NCBI RefSeq assembly: GCF_023055435.1
Contig: NW_025963846.1
Location: 5,952,001 to 6,016,000 of the forward strand
Direction: 5' to 3'
Length of the DNA stretch: 64,000 bases
Source of the DNA: Haliotis rufescens
Taxonomy: Eukaryota
Shown here in pieces: positions 50,179 to 58,561 of the stretch. Each line of letters starts with the position of its first letter. Within the stretch, counting starts at the first letter, position 1. The notes below the pieces were generated by a model. That model did not search any database and had not been told where the DNA came from. It saw nothing but the letters and a program-made list of their open reading frames with translations. A program made the translations under genes and the position numbers.

Positions 50179-50264
50179 AAGTCGCATGTGTTAGCATTAT
50201 TTTATTGCTTTACAATCTGAAAGTTACATAGAATATATATCATGAATTCAATGTACATGTACAG

Positions 50265-50867
50265 TTAGAAAATATCTAGTTTTCTTAATTTTGCAGTAGT
50301 GTTAGCACCGGGTACACCATGTTGTGCTTGTCGTTTTATATATAAAGATGATTTTGCCTTTTTTCTTTTGTCGTTCTTTTTCTTGACATCTGGCTTATAC
50401 AAAAGCCGCTTCGGTACATGGAGCATTTTTAAAAGATTGAGAAAGTCATGGTAGCCTGAAGGAACAGCCCCACGATGCATCACAGTAAAACGAATGAGGT
50501 CAATAACGTTAGTTCCGATCCACACATTCTCATTATCTAAAACAATTTCGAACTGATTATTCAGTCTGAAGTGAGCATTTCTGATCTGATCCTTGATAAA
50601 GTACCATAGTTTGACAAGTTTGCCAATCGTTTTAGTTAATGACACATCCTTAAGAAGTAGATCCAGAATCAAGTTCGTATTCGCTTTAATCTGTGCTTCA
50701 TCATGGGTGATTTCTTCAGGGGTCTCATTCGGTCTCAGAGGACTCGTCTCCTGATCTGGAGTCACTGTCATTATCTGTTGTTCCTGTGTCACTGTCTTCT
50801 CCTTTTCCTGGTTGTCTATTAGACGTTGGTATGTGTTTCTGTTCAGGAGAACCATAGGTCTGCTCAT
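50265..50867 (-). CDS. conserved Polinton hypothetical protein (200 aa, basic C-terminus)
   Basis: GTNVIDLI...PSGYHDFLNLLKMLHVP resembles a recurrent Polinton ORF; sits in the structural gene cluster. Confidence 0.75.
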   Translation of the reverse strand: MSRPMVLLNRNTYQRLIDNQEKEKTVTQEQQIMTVTPDQETSPLRPNETPEEITHDEAQIKANTNLILDLLLKDVSLTKTIGKLVKLWYFIKDQIRNAHFRLNNQFEIVLDNENVWIGTNVIDLIRFTVMHRGAVPSGYHDFLNLLKMLHVPKRLLYKPDVKKKNDKRKKAKSSLYIKRQAQHGVPGANTTAKLRKLDIF

Positions 50868-51180
50868 GATGTAGGTAATCTAACAGTGCAGCAATGCAAA
50901 TAGGCAAGATGGAATGATGTCTTATCAACACCTCCTTTTTAACCCGATTGGGAAAACCTTCTTTGGCAGCCAATGTTCTAATGTGAAACCTATGACGGTG
51001 CAAGCGAGTTTTATCCATCAGTGAGAGTGGAATATTCCCTTTCAAAATGTTTAACATCATGCTATTAATAGCATGCATTTGTTCACATGACACATATTGA
51101 AGTAAAGCTTTTCTCTGCTTCACATTAGCCTGCAGTAGTGTTTGAAGAAAAGACAGATGTTTTTCCAGTAAATCACCCAT
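50725..51180 (-). CDS. conserved small basic Polinton protein (putative virion core protein)
   Basis: KQRKALL...LNILKGNIPL...LHRHR..IRTLA pattern typical of a small Polinton ORF; overlaps the next gene. Confidence 0.75.
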   Translation of the reverse strand: MGDLLEKHLSFLQTLLQANVKQRKALLQYVSCEQMHAINSMMLNILKGNIPLSLMDKTRLHRHRFHIRTLAAKEGFPNRVKKEVLIRHHSILPICIAALLDYLHHEQTYGSPEQKHIPTSNRQPGKGEDSDTGTTDNDSDSRSGDESSETE

Positions 51181-51299
51181 ATTGAAGTGAGGAGATCACA
51201 ATGTGAAATGATCCAACTAGGTAATTGTGTCTTATATATATATATATATATATGTATGCTTAGACTCTAATATTCCTCATACACCATAGCCAATGTCTC

Positions 51300-51629
51300 T
51301 CATTCAGTATTAGAAGCTATCATGTTTATGTAACTACACTGAGGTGATAACCTGAAATGTTCAGTTAGTGGATCATCTTCTGGCATCCATTTATGTACAC
51401 GCAATCGACACATGAAACAGTAGACTTTATCTGATTGACCCGTGTAAATGAATCCTGCTTGTGCCATAGTCTTCAGTGACTGTTTCATTTGCATGGGCCA
51501 ACTGACAAAGGACTTTAATCTCTCACAAAAGCTATGACCATACACTTCAGCATTGGTTGAAATCACTGAACAATCGTTAGCAATATCTTCAAATCGTCCG
51601 CAAACATCCATGATGATCTTGGTAAGCAA
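51300..51629 (-). CDS. single-BIR inhibitor-of-apoptosis protein
   Basis: ERLKSF.SWP, AQAGFIYTG..DKVYC, and an exact C-x2-C-x16-H-x6-C zinc motif; no RING domain. Confidence 0.93.
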   Translation of the reverse strand: MLTKIIMDVCGRFEDIANDCSVISTNAEVYGHSFCERLKSFVSWPMQMKQSLKTMAQAGFIYTGQSDKVYCFMCRLRVHKWMPEDDPLTEHFRLSPQCSYINMIASNTE

Positions 51630-51686
51630 CTGATCTGTTCATTGGTAAGACAGGCAACTGGTGGGTATAACTTTGAGCAGTAGCTT

Positions 51687-52388
51687 TTATTTGGGTTGGT
51701 ACACAATACATACTTCATCTGGAAAGACACCACTGCGCAGACGCCCATACTGAGGATCGGAATAGGGTGATACATCAATCATTAAATATTGAAATTTCTT
51801 TCCCTCCACTGCATCACGAAATGATTCAGTAAAATATTTGGCTTGACCCGGAAATATTTGAGATGCCAAGATTTTATATTCATGTGCAGAACGTGGGTTA
51901 GATAGCAAAATGAAGTAGTGTGTATTCAAGGAAATAGTTCGGTTACAATCCCCCTTAGGATAAGCAGACTGTTGAATATTTATAACACTGATTCCCCAAT
52001 GATGAGACAATGTAGTGTAGAGATTTAACATCAGTGGACTTTTACATATATCCATCATCATGTCATCCATGACCAACACCATGTTCTTTTCAGATTGCTC
52101 AGACCACATTTTCAAATCATTCTCAGTTGGAAGGGAATCCATAAAAAGAATGTTAGAAATGTTTTGCCGCATGTCACTGTAGATGTCTTGCCATACAGTA
52201 TAACAGTACACAATAAGGTTGGGAGGTTTGTCAAACATCAGATTAGTCTGCTCTAACAACCTTTTCACCCAAACTGTTTTCCCTGAGGAAGATCCACCAA
52301 TCACAGATATGGTGGTAGGTGTTTGTATTGGTAAGAGACACTTACGTTCCATGATCACACTCTGAGCACAATAATTCAACTGTGACAT
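51687..52388 (-). CDS. A32/FtsK-like genome-packaging ATPase
   Basis: Walker A GGSSSGKT, Walker B VLVMDD, SHHWGISV..IQQ, RTISLNTHY. Confidence 0.95.
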   Translation of the reverse strand: MSQLNYCAQSVIMERKCLLPIQTPTTISVIGGSSSGKTVWVKRLLEQTNLMFDKPPNLIVYCYTVWQDIYSDMRQNISNILFMDSLPTENDLKMWSEQSEKNMVLVMDDMMMDICKSPLMLNLYTTLSHHWGISVINIQQSAYPKGDCNRTISLNTHYFILLSNPRSAHEYKILASQIFPGQAKYFTESFRDAVEGKKFQYLMIDVSPYSDPQYGRLRSGVFPDEVCIVYQPK

Positions 52389-52488
52389 TACAGCTGAGTT
52401 ACTTATATTTATAGAACAAACTCGAATGACTACACTAATTTCTTTTTTATTTTATTTTTGTAATGGGTTACACAAGTACAGTAGTATG

Positions 52489-52983
52489 TTACATGACACA
52501 GGTATGACAAGATAACAAACAATATCTAAAATAATTACAGATAAACTTTGACACATGCTCATCATTGTTAAAACGGACTTGCACATCAAATATCTGTACA
52601 AAGGTTTGAAGGGTAAGTTCTGTTTTGCATTTATACAACAAATAATATAAACAATAATGACCACAAAGGTTGGACGATGAGGACTGTAACTGTCTTCTGT
52701 TGTGTTGGTATTGATTGACATATGTTTTTAAGAACAAGTCAAAAACGGAATTCACTGGCTCACCCAGACTGTCAAACAGTTCCCCTGTATTTCCTTTGAA
52801 GTACATAGCCACCCAGTGACGACCCAGTCTTCCAGATGGATCAGTATTGACAATGAGACCCACTCCACGTGCAAGCATGACACTAGTTAGCACAGGTAAA
52901 GTATCTTTGGCAAACACACCTAAGACCTGGTACTTTAAGATGGAGTCACTTTGAATAGCACATGCAAGGTCAGAGGCTTTCAT
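52489..52983 (-). CDS. adenain-like cysteine maturation protease
   Basis: IVNTD...GRHWVA (His), FDSLG (Asp), LQ.....CGHYC (Gln/Cys). Confidence 0.95.
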   Translation of the reverse strand: MKASDLACAIQSDSILKYQVLGVFAKDTLPVLTSVMLARGVGLIVNTDPSGRLGRHWVAMYFKGNTGELFDSLGEPVNSVFDLFLKTYVNQYQHNRRQLQSSSSNLCGHYCLYYLLYKCKTELTLQTFVQIFDVQVRFNNDEHVSKFICNYFRYCLLSCHTCVM

Positions 52984-52988
52984 GTTTT

Positions 52989-54290
52989 TTACTTCACAAA
53001 CACGTTCCTGGTCTTGTCAATTTCAATGAGGGAATTTCTTTCACTCAGAACAACACAACTGAGTGTTTCAGTGAGGGCGTTTTTGAACTCGATTTCTAGT
53101 CGGGTGCTACCAGATTTCAACAGATTCAGATAGTCGGTTTCACTGCATACTTTATCAATGTCAAAGACGAACAGGGCACTCCCAAGCAAAAAGTCGCTCC
53201 GAGTGATTCCGTTTCCTGTATTTTCTTTCCACAGACACATCCCATCAAACATCTGCACGTAGGACTCAACATCATCTGCCTGCATGGGACGTCCGGGGAC
53301 ACTGGCACCATTGATGTACAGGCTGATGTTTTTCACCATACTAGATTGGAAGTTGTAGGGGTTACCAGTGTAAGATCCATTCAAGCTGTTGCTGAGTACA
53401 AAGCCTACAATGTAACGATTAGCAATAGGATTCGACAGATTGTCAATGGTATGTGTCAGTTGAGTGGTGGGGATGCTTGTCACCTTGACCTCACTTTTGG
53501 TGTAAGGATACAGAGCATTGCTGTCTTGAAACAAGGTGTTGTGAGCCAAAATAAGAGCTGGATTGACTTTCAGTTTACACACCTTCAGGTAGGTATCCAG
53601 AATTTCTACCTTGTAATCTTGACCTGTTTTGCCACTCATCAAACAGAACTGGGGCGAGGAGCGGTACAGCTTCATTGTCAAATCCACTCCATTGACTAAA
53701 TGTCTGTTCATGTGAAAGATATCTTCATACAATGGTCCCGACATGGTCAAGACTTTACTATTATTAATGAAGCCACCACGAGATTGCACTCCTGTATTGA
53801 GACCAGTGTAGGGATCGGATGATTCTACATCATTGATAGATTCAGACACATCTTTGTAGAAGAGTTGAGATGACAGCTGTGAAGTTTTAGCTTCTGTTCC
53901 ATAGTTGAGTAGAGTTTTCATCATGCTCTTGTAAGCATAATGGTTGTTTGTAGAAGATACCAACTGATTCTGCAGATACACTGACACCTGGGAAAAGAGA
54001 GCCTGCAGAAACAAGTTGACAGGGACAATATGTTCCTTGTCATCGAGATCAGTGCCATCTGCATGTTTCACCTTGAGCTTCACATGTATGCGGGTACGGT
54101 TCAGGTCAATGTAATCACTTCCAGCATTCGTTACTTGAAATTCCAACGGTGAAGAATCATTGATTTGACTGAGTGGACGCACCTCATCAAAATAATGTTG
54201 ATGGATGCTGGTCTGGTATGGAGGTAAAATAAACAGATTGAGAGAGGGTGGTATCAGTTCCTCAAAGTCTTTATCATTCAACAGTGACAT
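52989..54290 (-). CDS. major capsid protein (double jelly-roll, PY)
   Basis: LNLF.LPP.QTSI, PLEF......DYIDL, PVNLFLQALFSQV, YAYKS...TLLNYG, NPYNFQ, G..RLEIEF; likely start MSLLND (ORF open from 54329). Confidence 0.93.
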   Translation of the reverse strand: MSLLNDKDFEELIPPSLNLFILPPYQTSIHQHYFDEVRPLSQINDSSPLEFQVTNAGSDYIDLNRTRIHVKLKVKHADGTDLDDKEHIVPVNLFLQALFSQVSVYLQNQLVSSTNNHYAYKSMMKTLLNYGTEAKTSQLSSQLFYKDVSESINDVESSDPYTGLNTGVQSRGGFINNSKVLTMSGPLYEDIFHMNRHLVNGVDLTMKLYRSSPQFCLMSGKTGQDYKVEILDTYLKVCKLKVNPALILAHNTLFQDSNALYPYTKSEVKVTSIPTTQLTHTIDNLSNPIANRYIVGFVLSNSLNGSYTGNPYNFQSSMVKNISLYINGASVPGRPMQADDVESYVQMFDGMCLWKENTGNGITRSDFLLGSALFVFDIDKVCSETDYLNLLKSGSTRLEIEFKNALTETLSCVVLSERNSLIEIDKTRNVFVK

Positions 54291-54292
54291 GA

Positions 54293-54643
54293 TTAACTGA
54301 AAACGTCGTTTTCTCGAATAGGGGTACACTGGAGAACCTTAGCGGTCTTTGATGGAATGTTATCTGTCTGACGGATCTTCTTTGAAGTGGCAATTTGGTC
54401 ACCTGCAGCTCGTTTTAAAGATTTCCGTCGCTTTTCTTTGGCATTGGCTCTCTCAACAATATTCTGCGTCTCTGATGTTACTTCCAGTTTGATCTTGGGT
54501 TCTTCAGTCTTCACTTGAAGTCGTGTCGGGATCACTTTCACCTGTGGTTTACCATTCACTAAGGCAGATGTTCCTTTCATGTGTTTCTTGAAATAGTGGG
54601 TCCATTTAACATAATCAGGGACATACAAAGGTGTGGACTCCAT
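54293..54643 (-). CDS. small basic Polinton protein between penton and MCP
   Basis: ATG ORF abutting both neighbours; Lys/Arg-rich C-terminus. Confidence 0.7.
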   Translation of the reverse strand: MESTPLYVPDYVKWTHYFKKHMKGTSALVNGKPQVKVIPTRLQVKTEEPKIKLEVTSETQNIVERANAKEKRRKSLKRAAGDQIATSKKIRQTDNIPSKTAKVLQCTPIRENDVFS

Positions 54644-54645
54644 GG

Positions 54646-55074
54646 TTAATCAATGAAGGGATACCGTCTCAAGTGCAGTGTCACATATGTCACTTCCTTT
54701 AGAAATGAGTGTGACATGCCGTTACTGGCCTTTATACGTACCTCTATGTGTGGAGATTCTTTGACTTTAATCGGAATATTGTATTCACATGCAAAGCTAT
54801 AGTAAGGACCTTGTCTGAGATCAAGCCGTCTCAATAAAGGCAACTGCTGTTCACCTGCCAAAGAACTATCACACAGATTGCATAACACGTCCACATATGG
54901 ATCATTCATGTGGGTGATGTCAAGTTTACCAAAATTAATCTCCGTTAAAGACACAACCCAGAATCCATCAAAATTCAACCTTTGATTTAGTTTAACACGA
55001 AAATGATAAGGCGTATTCTCATTAAAATAAGATTGTTTGGAGTCTGAGCTTTTGAGAAATATGTACCTTTCCAT
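54646..55074 (-). CDS. minor capsid protein (penton, PX), very short
   Basis: N-terminal YIFLKSSDS..YF.ENT...FRVKL...L...GFW.VSLTEI and C-terminal GEQQLPLLR...IEVRI...VTLHLRR penton signatures. Confidence 0.85.
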   Translation of the reverse strand: MERYIFLKSSDSKQSYFNENTPYHFRVKLNQRLNFDGFWVVSLTEINFGKLDITHMNDPYVDVLCNLCDSSLAGEQQLPLLRRLDLRQGPYYSFACEYNIPIKVKESPHIEVRIKASNGMSHSFLKEVTYVTLHLRRYPFID

Positions 55075-56213
55075 CAGATATCTTTCAGTTCACTTTCCTC
55101 CATATAAGAATCGAAGGAACTCGGCCAGCCCAACCACCTCACTAACAGGTAGGTCTTCCCTTTCACACGTTTTCTCTTTAAAATCTTCTCTACCTGCCAC
55201 AAAACATTTTCCTTTTTCTCCACCTTTTGTAACTCATTGCCATAAAACGTACCTTCTATCAGTTTATCATGAAAGTCTTTGATCTTATACTGTGCTATCT
55301 CTTGTCTCTTGTATCGTCTAACCACCTTAAACAGCTCTTGAGTCCACTTCAGATCAAGTTCCTTACTGAAAGGTCTCCGGAGGTATGGAATGCGAACAAG
55401 ATCCCCTACTTTAAATACAAATGCCTTTGACCGGTTGTGTTTGGAGCTTTGTTTTTTAAGTAACAACGGCTTCACATACAAATGTTCCCATACTTTCAGT
55501 TCATTCTTCTTCTTGACTTGAACCGGTGAAAGGTTGGGCAAAGAAGAATGTAATGTGTTGTTATAATTGTCCATCAACTTAGGTAGTGCATCTAAATAAT
55601 ACTTGGTGTTATTATGGGTCAAGTAACGAGTAATAAGTGATTTCAGTGTTCTGTTGAATCGTTCCACATAATTACTTTTGATATTTTCATTATGTGCAAC
55701 AGTCAGAGTGATATTGTGTTTTTCTAAAAAATGTTTAAATACTCCTTTAAACTCTGAACCACCATCCACACGTACTTTCATTGGATTTCGTTCCTGAATA
55801 ATTTCTTTAAAAGCTTTCAATACTGTCTCTGGTCTCTTATTTGTTAAAGGTAGAGCGAAAGCAAACCTACTCAGTATGTCAATAGCCACCAGTAAATAAC
55901 GCACGCCATTATTCTCCTTGCTGTAACGAGTCATGTCAGTCAAATCTACATCAAACATTTCATTTATAGAATTCACTCGAACTCTCAGCCTTTTGAATCT
56001 CTGTTTGGGTGGCTTGTGTAAACTGTAGGCGTCCTGTTTGTTCAGAAAACGTCTCACAGTGCTCAGTCTGAGATCTGGTTGACGATCTAATTTCAGAACG
56101 CTATGAAGTTTCTCAGGCCCATAAAAAGCTCCCGGTTCAAGCGGGTTAAAATAGTAACTTTCTAATATCTTCTCCTGTTTCTTTGTTAGCACCTTTCTCT
56201 GTTGTGGCTTCAT
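55074..56213 (-). CDS. RVE (retroviral-like) integrase with C-terminal chromodomain
   Basis: YFNP..PGAF.G, DDE triad (DVDLTD, VDGGSEF, VERFNRTLK), chromodomain WQVEKILKRK....YLLVRWLGW. Confidence 0.97.
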   Translation of the reverse strand: MKPQQRKVLTKKQEKILESYYFNPLEPGAFYGPEKLHSVLKLDRQPDLRLSTVRRFLNKQDAYSLHKPPKQRFKRLRVRVNSINEMFDVDLTDMTRYSKENNGVRYLLVAIDILSRFAFALPLTNKRPETVLKAFKEIIQERNPMKVRVDGGSEFKGVFKHFLEKHNITLTVAHNENIKSNYVERFNRTLKSLITRYLTHNNTKYYLDALPKLMDNYNNTLHSSLPNLSPVQVKKKNELKVWEHLYVKPLLLKKQSSKHNRSKAFVFKVGDLVRIPYLRRPFSKELDLKWTQELFKVVRRYKRQEIAQYKIKDFHDKLIEGTFYGNELQKVEKKENVLWQVEKILKRKRVKGKTYLLVRWLGWPSSFDSYMEESELKDI

Positions 56214-56410
56214 GATGAAATGAGAGAAGCACTGACAACAGACACCTATTAAAGAACAACCATTTGATAACTATCAAAAGAAGACAAACAAAGATGTAAG
56301 CATAATTTATGTTTTATTCATAGTATGAATATTGCTAAAGTACACACACACTCACACATACACACACATTTCATTTTGGTACTGATAAAATAATATGACA
56401 TGGAAACAGT

Positions 56411-57034
56411 CTACAAGCGTTTTTGCAACTTCAACATTTTTACAACACATTGCTTCAAACCATTCACCCATTCAGGTGATTTGAATGTATTGTCACGATA
56501 GTCCTTACACTGGTAAGGTACTAAATTGAAAGCAGGCATTGTGCACAGATGTGGATCATCAATCACAAGTTTCATCCATTTTCCTATTACCAGTTCATTG
56601 TCCATATCCTCAAGTGCCGCGTTGAAGTATTTATCAACCTGCTCCTGCTCCGTCATGCGACAAGAATGATCTCCCAAAAATAATGGATCACTTTCTTCAT
56701 TAAACAGACAAGGAATACACATTTCACATGCGAGCTGACTGATCATTTTACTCACTTCTAAAGAGTAACTCATCGTGAGAAGATCCTCTGCTTGTTTCAG
56801 TTTTGTAGCCATATCTACTTCATCAGCATTGAGTGGTAAGGTTTTCATCTTCTTGATAATGACTCTCTTTGTTGCCTTGTATTCATCTTTAAATTTTCTC
56901 TTTGCATCTTTCACGCATTCTTCCTTATCTTGAAACCACTCAGGTGATTGTGTTATGACTGGTTCATTTAGAGTGTGTGGCATCCGCATGACCTGCTTCC
57001 ATGAGTAGAATGTAGTTTTCTTGCCGCTGTTCAA
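56411..57034 (-). CDS. Polinton accessory protein, putative paralog of 49564-50178
   Basis: Motif LACEMCIPC...DHSCRM...QVDKYFNAA; the 5' end is probably spliced (acceptor-like TTTTGAACAG near 57027). Confidence 0.7.
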   Translation of the reverse strand: MNSGKKTTFYSWKQVMRMPHTLNEPVITQSPEWFQDKEECVKDAKRKFKDEYKATKRVIIKKMKTLPLNADEVDMATKLKQAEDLLTMSYSLEVSKMISQLACEMCIPCLFNEESDPLFLGDHSCRMTEQEQVDKYFNAALEDMDNELVIGKWMKLVIDDPHLCTMPAFNLVPYQCKDYRDNTFKSPEWVNGLKQCVVKMLKLQKRL

Positions 57035-57071
57035 AATAGCAAGTTACATCACTGTAACACATTTAAAACCA

Positions 57072-57578
57072 TCAGTTTTCACTTGACTCTGTGTTCATTA
57101 TTTCATTTCTAACCTTTATTAAGATCTGACCAAGTCTATTACTGCCTTTCCATTTAGATGGATTAAGAATATTAGGGTCATGCAGTGATAGACCCACACC
57201 CCACACACGATCATATGGACTCGCTTCTACCAAGATCTTGGGAAAAGTGTCTAACAGTTGTTTCTTCAGAAAAACAGACTGAGAGAATTTAGCTGAAGAT
57301 GCTGCATACACCACATTGGAACTCACAACATCCCATTGGCGTTGATTAAAACATCTCACACTTCTACCTAAACGTTTTTGTTCAGCAGCAGAAACACACT
57401 TTAAAATCTTATGCGCAGTTTCCCAATCACTGAACATACAAGCTTTTTTATACATGTAATACTGCTCAGCACAGTTAAATGCTATTCCTTCAATAACAAT
57501 CTCAGTAGAAAAATGTTGACTAAACACTGAAGTTCTGGTGTAAAAAAATACATACTTGTCAGTTGTTCGGGTTCCCAT
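57072..57578 (-). CDS. NADAR family (YbiA-like) N-glycosidase / ADP-ribosyl hydrolase
   Basis: FSQHF, FNCAEQYYMYKKA.MF.D, KRLGRSV..F....W, AKFSQ, LVEASPYDRVWGVG, WKGSNRLGQILIKVR; likely start MGTRTTD (ORF open from 57659). Confidence 0.93.
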   Translation of the reverse strand: MGTRTTDKYVFFYTRTSVFSQHFSTEIVIEGIAFNCAEQYYMYKKACMFSDWETAHKILKCVSAAEQKRLGRSVRCFNQRQWDVVSSNVVYAASSAKFSQSVFLKKQLLDTFPKILVEASPYDRVWGVGLSLHDPNILNPSKWKGSNRLGQILIKVRNEIMNTESSEN

Positions 57579-57673
57579 GATCAGATTCGAGATGTATACT
57601 GGCGTGAAGATTTCGTCTTGTTGACAAGATCGCTGTTTAAGCACGAATGAAAGCTTCAACAGTTTAACACTGC

Positions 57674-57916
57674 TTAACTTCTATAAAATTGAATTTCATT
57701 GGTGTACTTTGTCTTCCTTAGCGTTTCATTGGTTACTGAGTATTCATCGTACCATACATTTAATAAGTGGATGACACGTTGATCCTGGAATGTTATTGTT
57801 ATAGGGTTAACAGGTTCAGCGTCTAAAACCCACACACGAATAGATTTACTCTTGCGTATAAAGAGTGGGTGAGAGAGAGCTACCTCTAGTGTATTGATAC
57901 TAGTGAGCGGTGACAT
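57674..57916 (-). CDS. small hypothetical protein starting inside the right subterminal repeat
   Basis: ATG about 30 nt after TATATA; the first ~38 codons are also present in the left-end repeats. Confidence 0.45.
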   Translation of the reverse strand: MSPLTSINTLEVALSHPLFIRKSKSIRVWVLDAEPVNPITITFQDQRVIHLLNVWYDEYSVTNETLRKTKYTNEIQFYRS

Positions 57917-58561
57917 AGTTAGATGTTTGAACAGAGCGAATATATACAGAGCCAGCCTTACTGCTGGTCACCTTTAGCAAAATTTGCTTCTATTATGTGA
58001 AAGGTATTGACTGACCTCTGTGGTATGCTCCACAAGAATGCTTTTGTTTGTTTCTTTACTCTATGCGTCTTTAACACTTAGTGAAACGTGAATGAAGTAG
58101 AGAAAAATGTTTATAAACGAATTGATTTCGGTGAAAGGGTTAACAGGTTCAGCGGTTAAAACCCACACACGAGTAGATTTATAGAAATGCTGCTCCACAG
58201 GAATGCTTTTGATAGAAATTCAACGCTCCACAGGAATGCTTTTGTTGGAAATTCTTTGCTCCACAGGAATGCTTTTGTTTGTTTCTTTACTCTTTGCTCC
58301 ACAGGAATGTTTTTGATGGAAATTCTTTGCTCCACAGGAATGTTTTTGATGGAAATTCCACGCTCTACAGGGCTGCTTTTGTCCGGAAGGTAACAGGTAT
58401 GCTTTTGTTGGAAATTCAATGCTCCACAGGAATGCTTTTGTTGGAAATTCAATGCTCCACAGGAATTTGTTGGAAATTCTATGCTCCACAGGAATGCTTT
58501 TGTTGGTGCTCCACGCTCCACAGGAATGCTTTTGTCCGGAAGGTATTACTTTCTCTCTACT
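57803..58561. repeat. right TIR and subterminal repeats
   Basis: Reverse complement of the left-end blocks, with a different repeat count and arrangement. Confidence 0.92.

Larger units (their letters stand above)
36765..58561. mobile_element. complete Polinton/Maverick endogenous virus (21,797 bp)
   Basis: AGTAG...CTACT termini, 89-bp identical TIRs, 6-bp TSD GTAATG (36759-36764 and 58562-58567), full core gene set with open frames. Confidence 0.97.
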
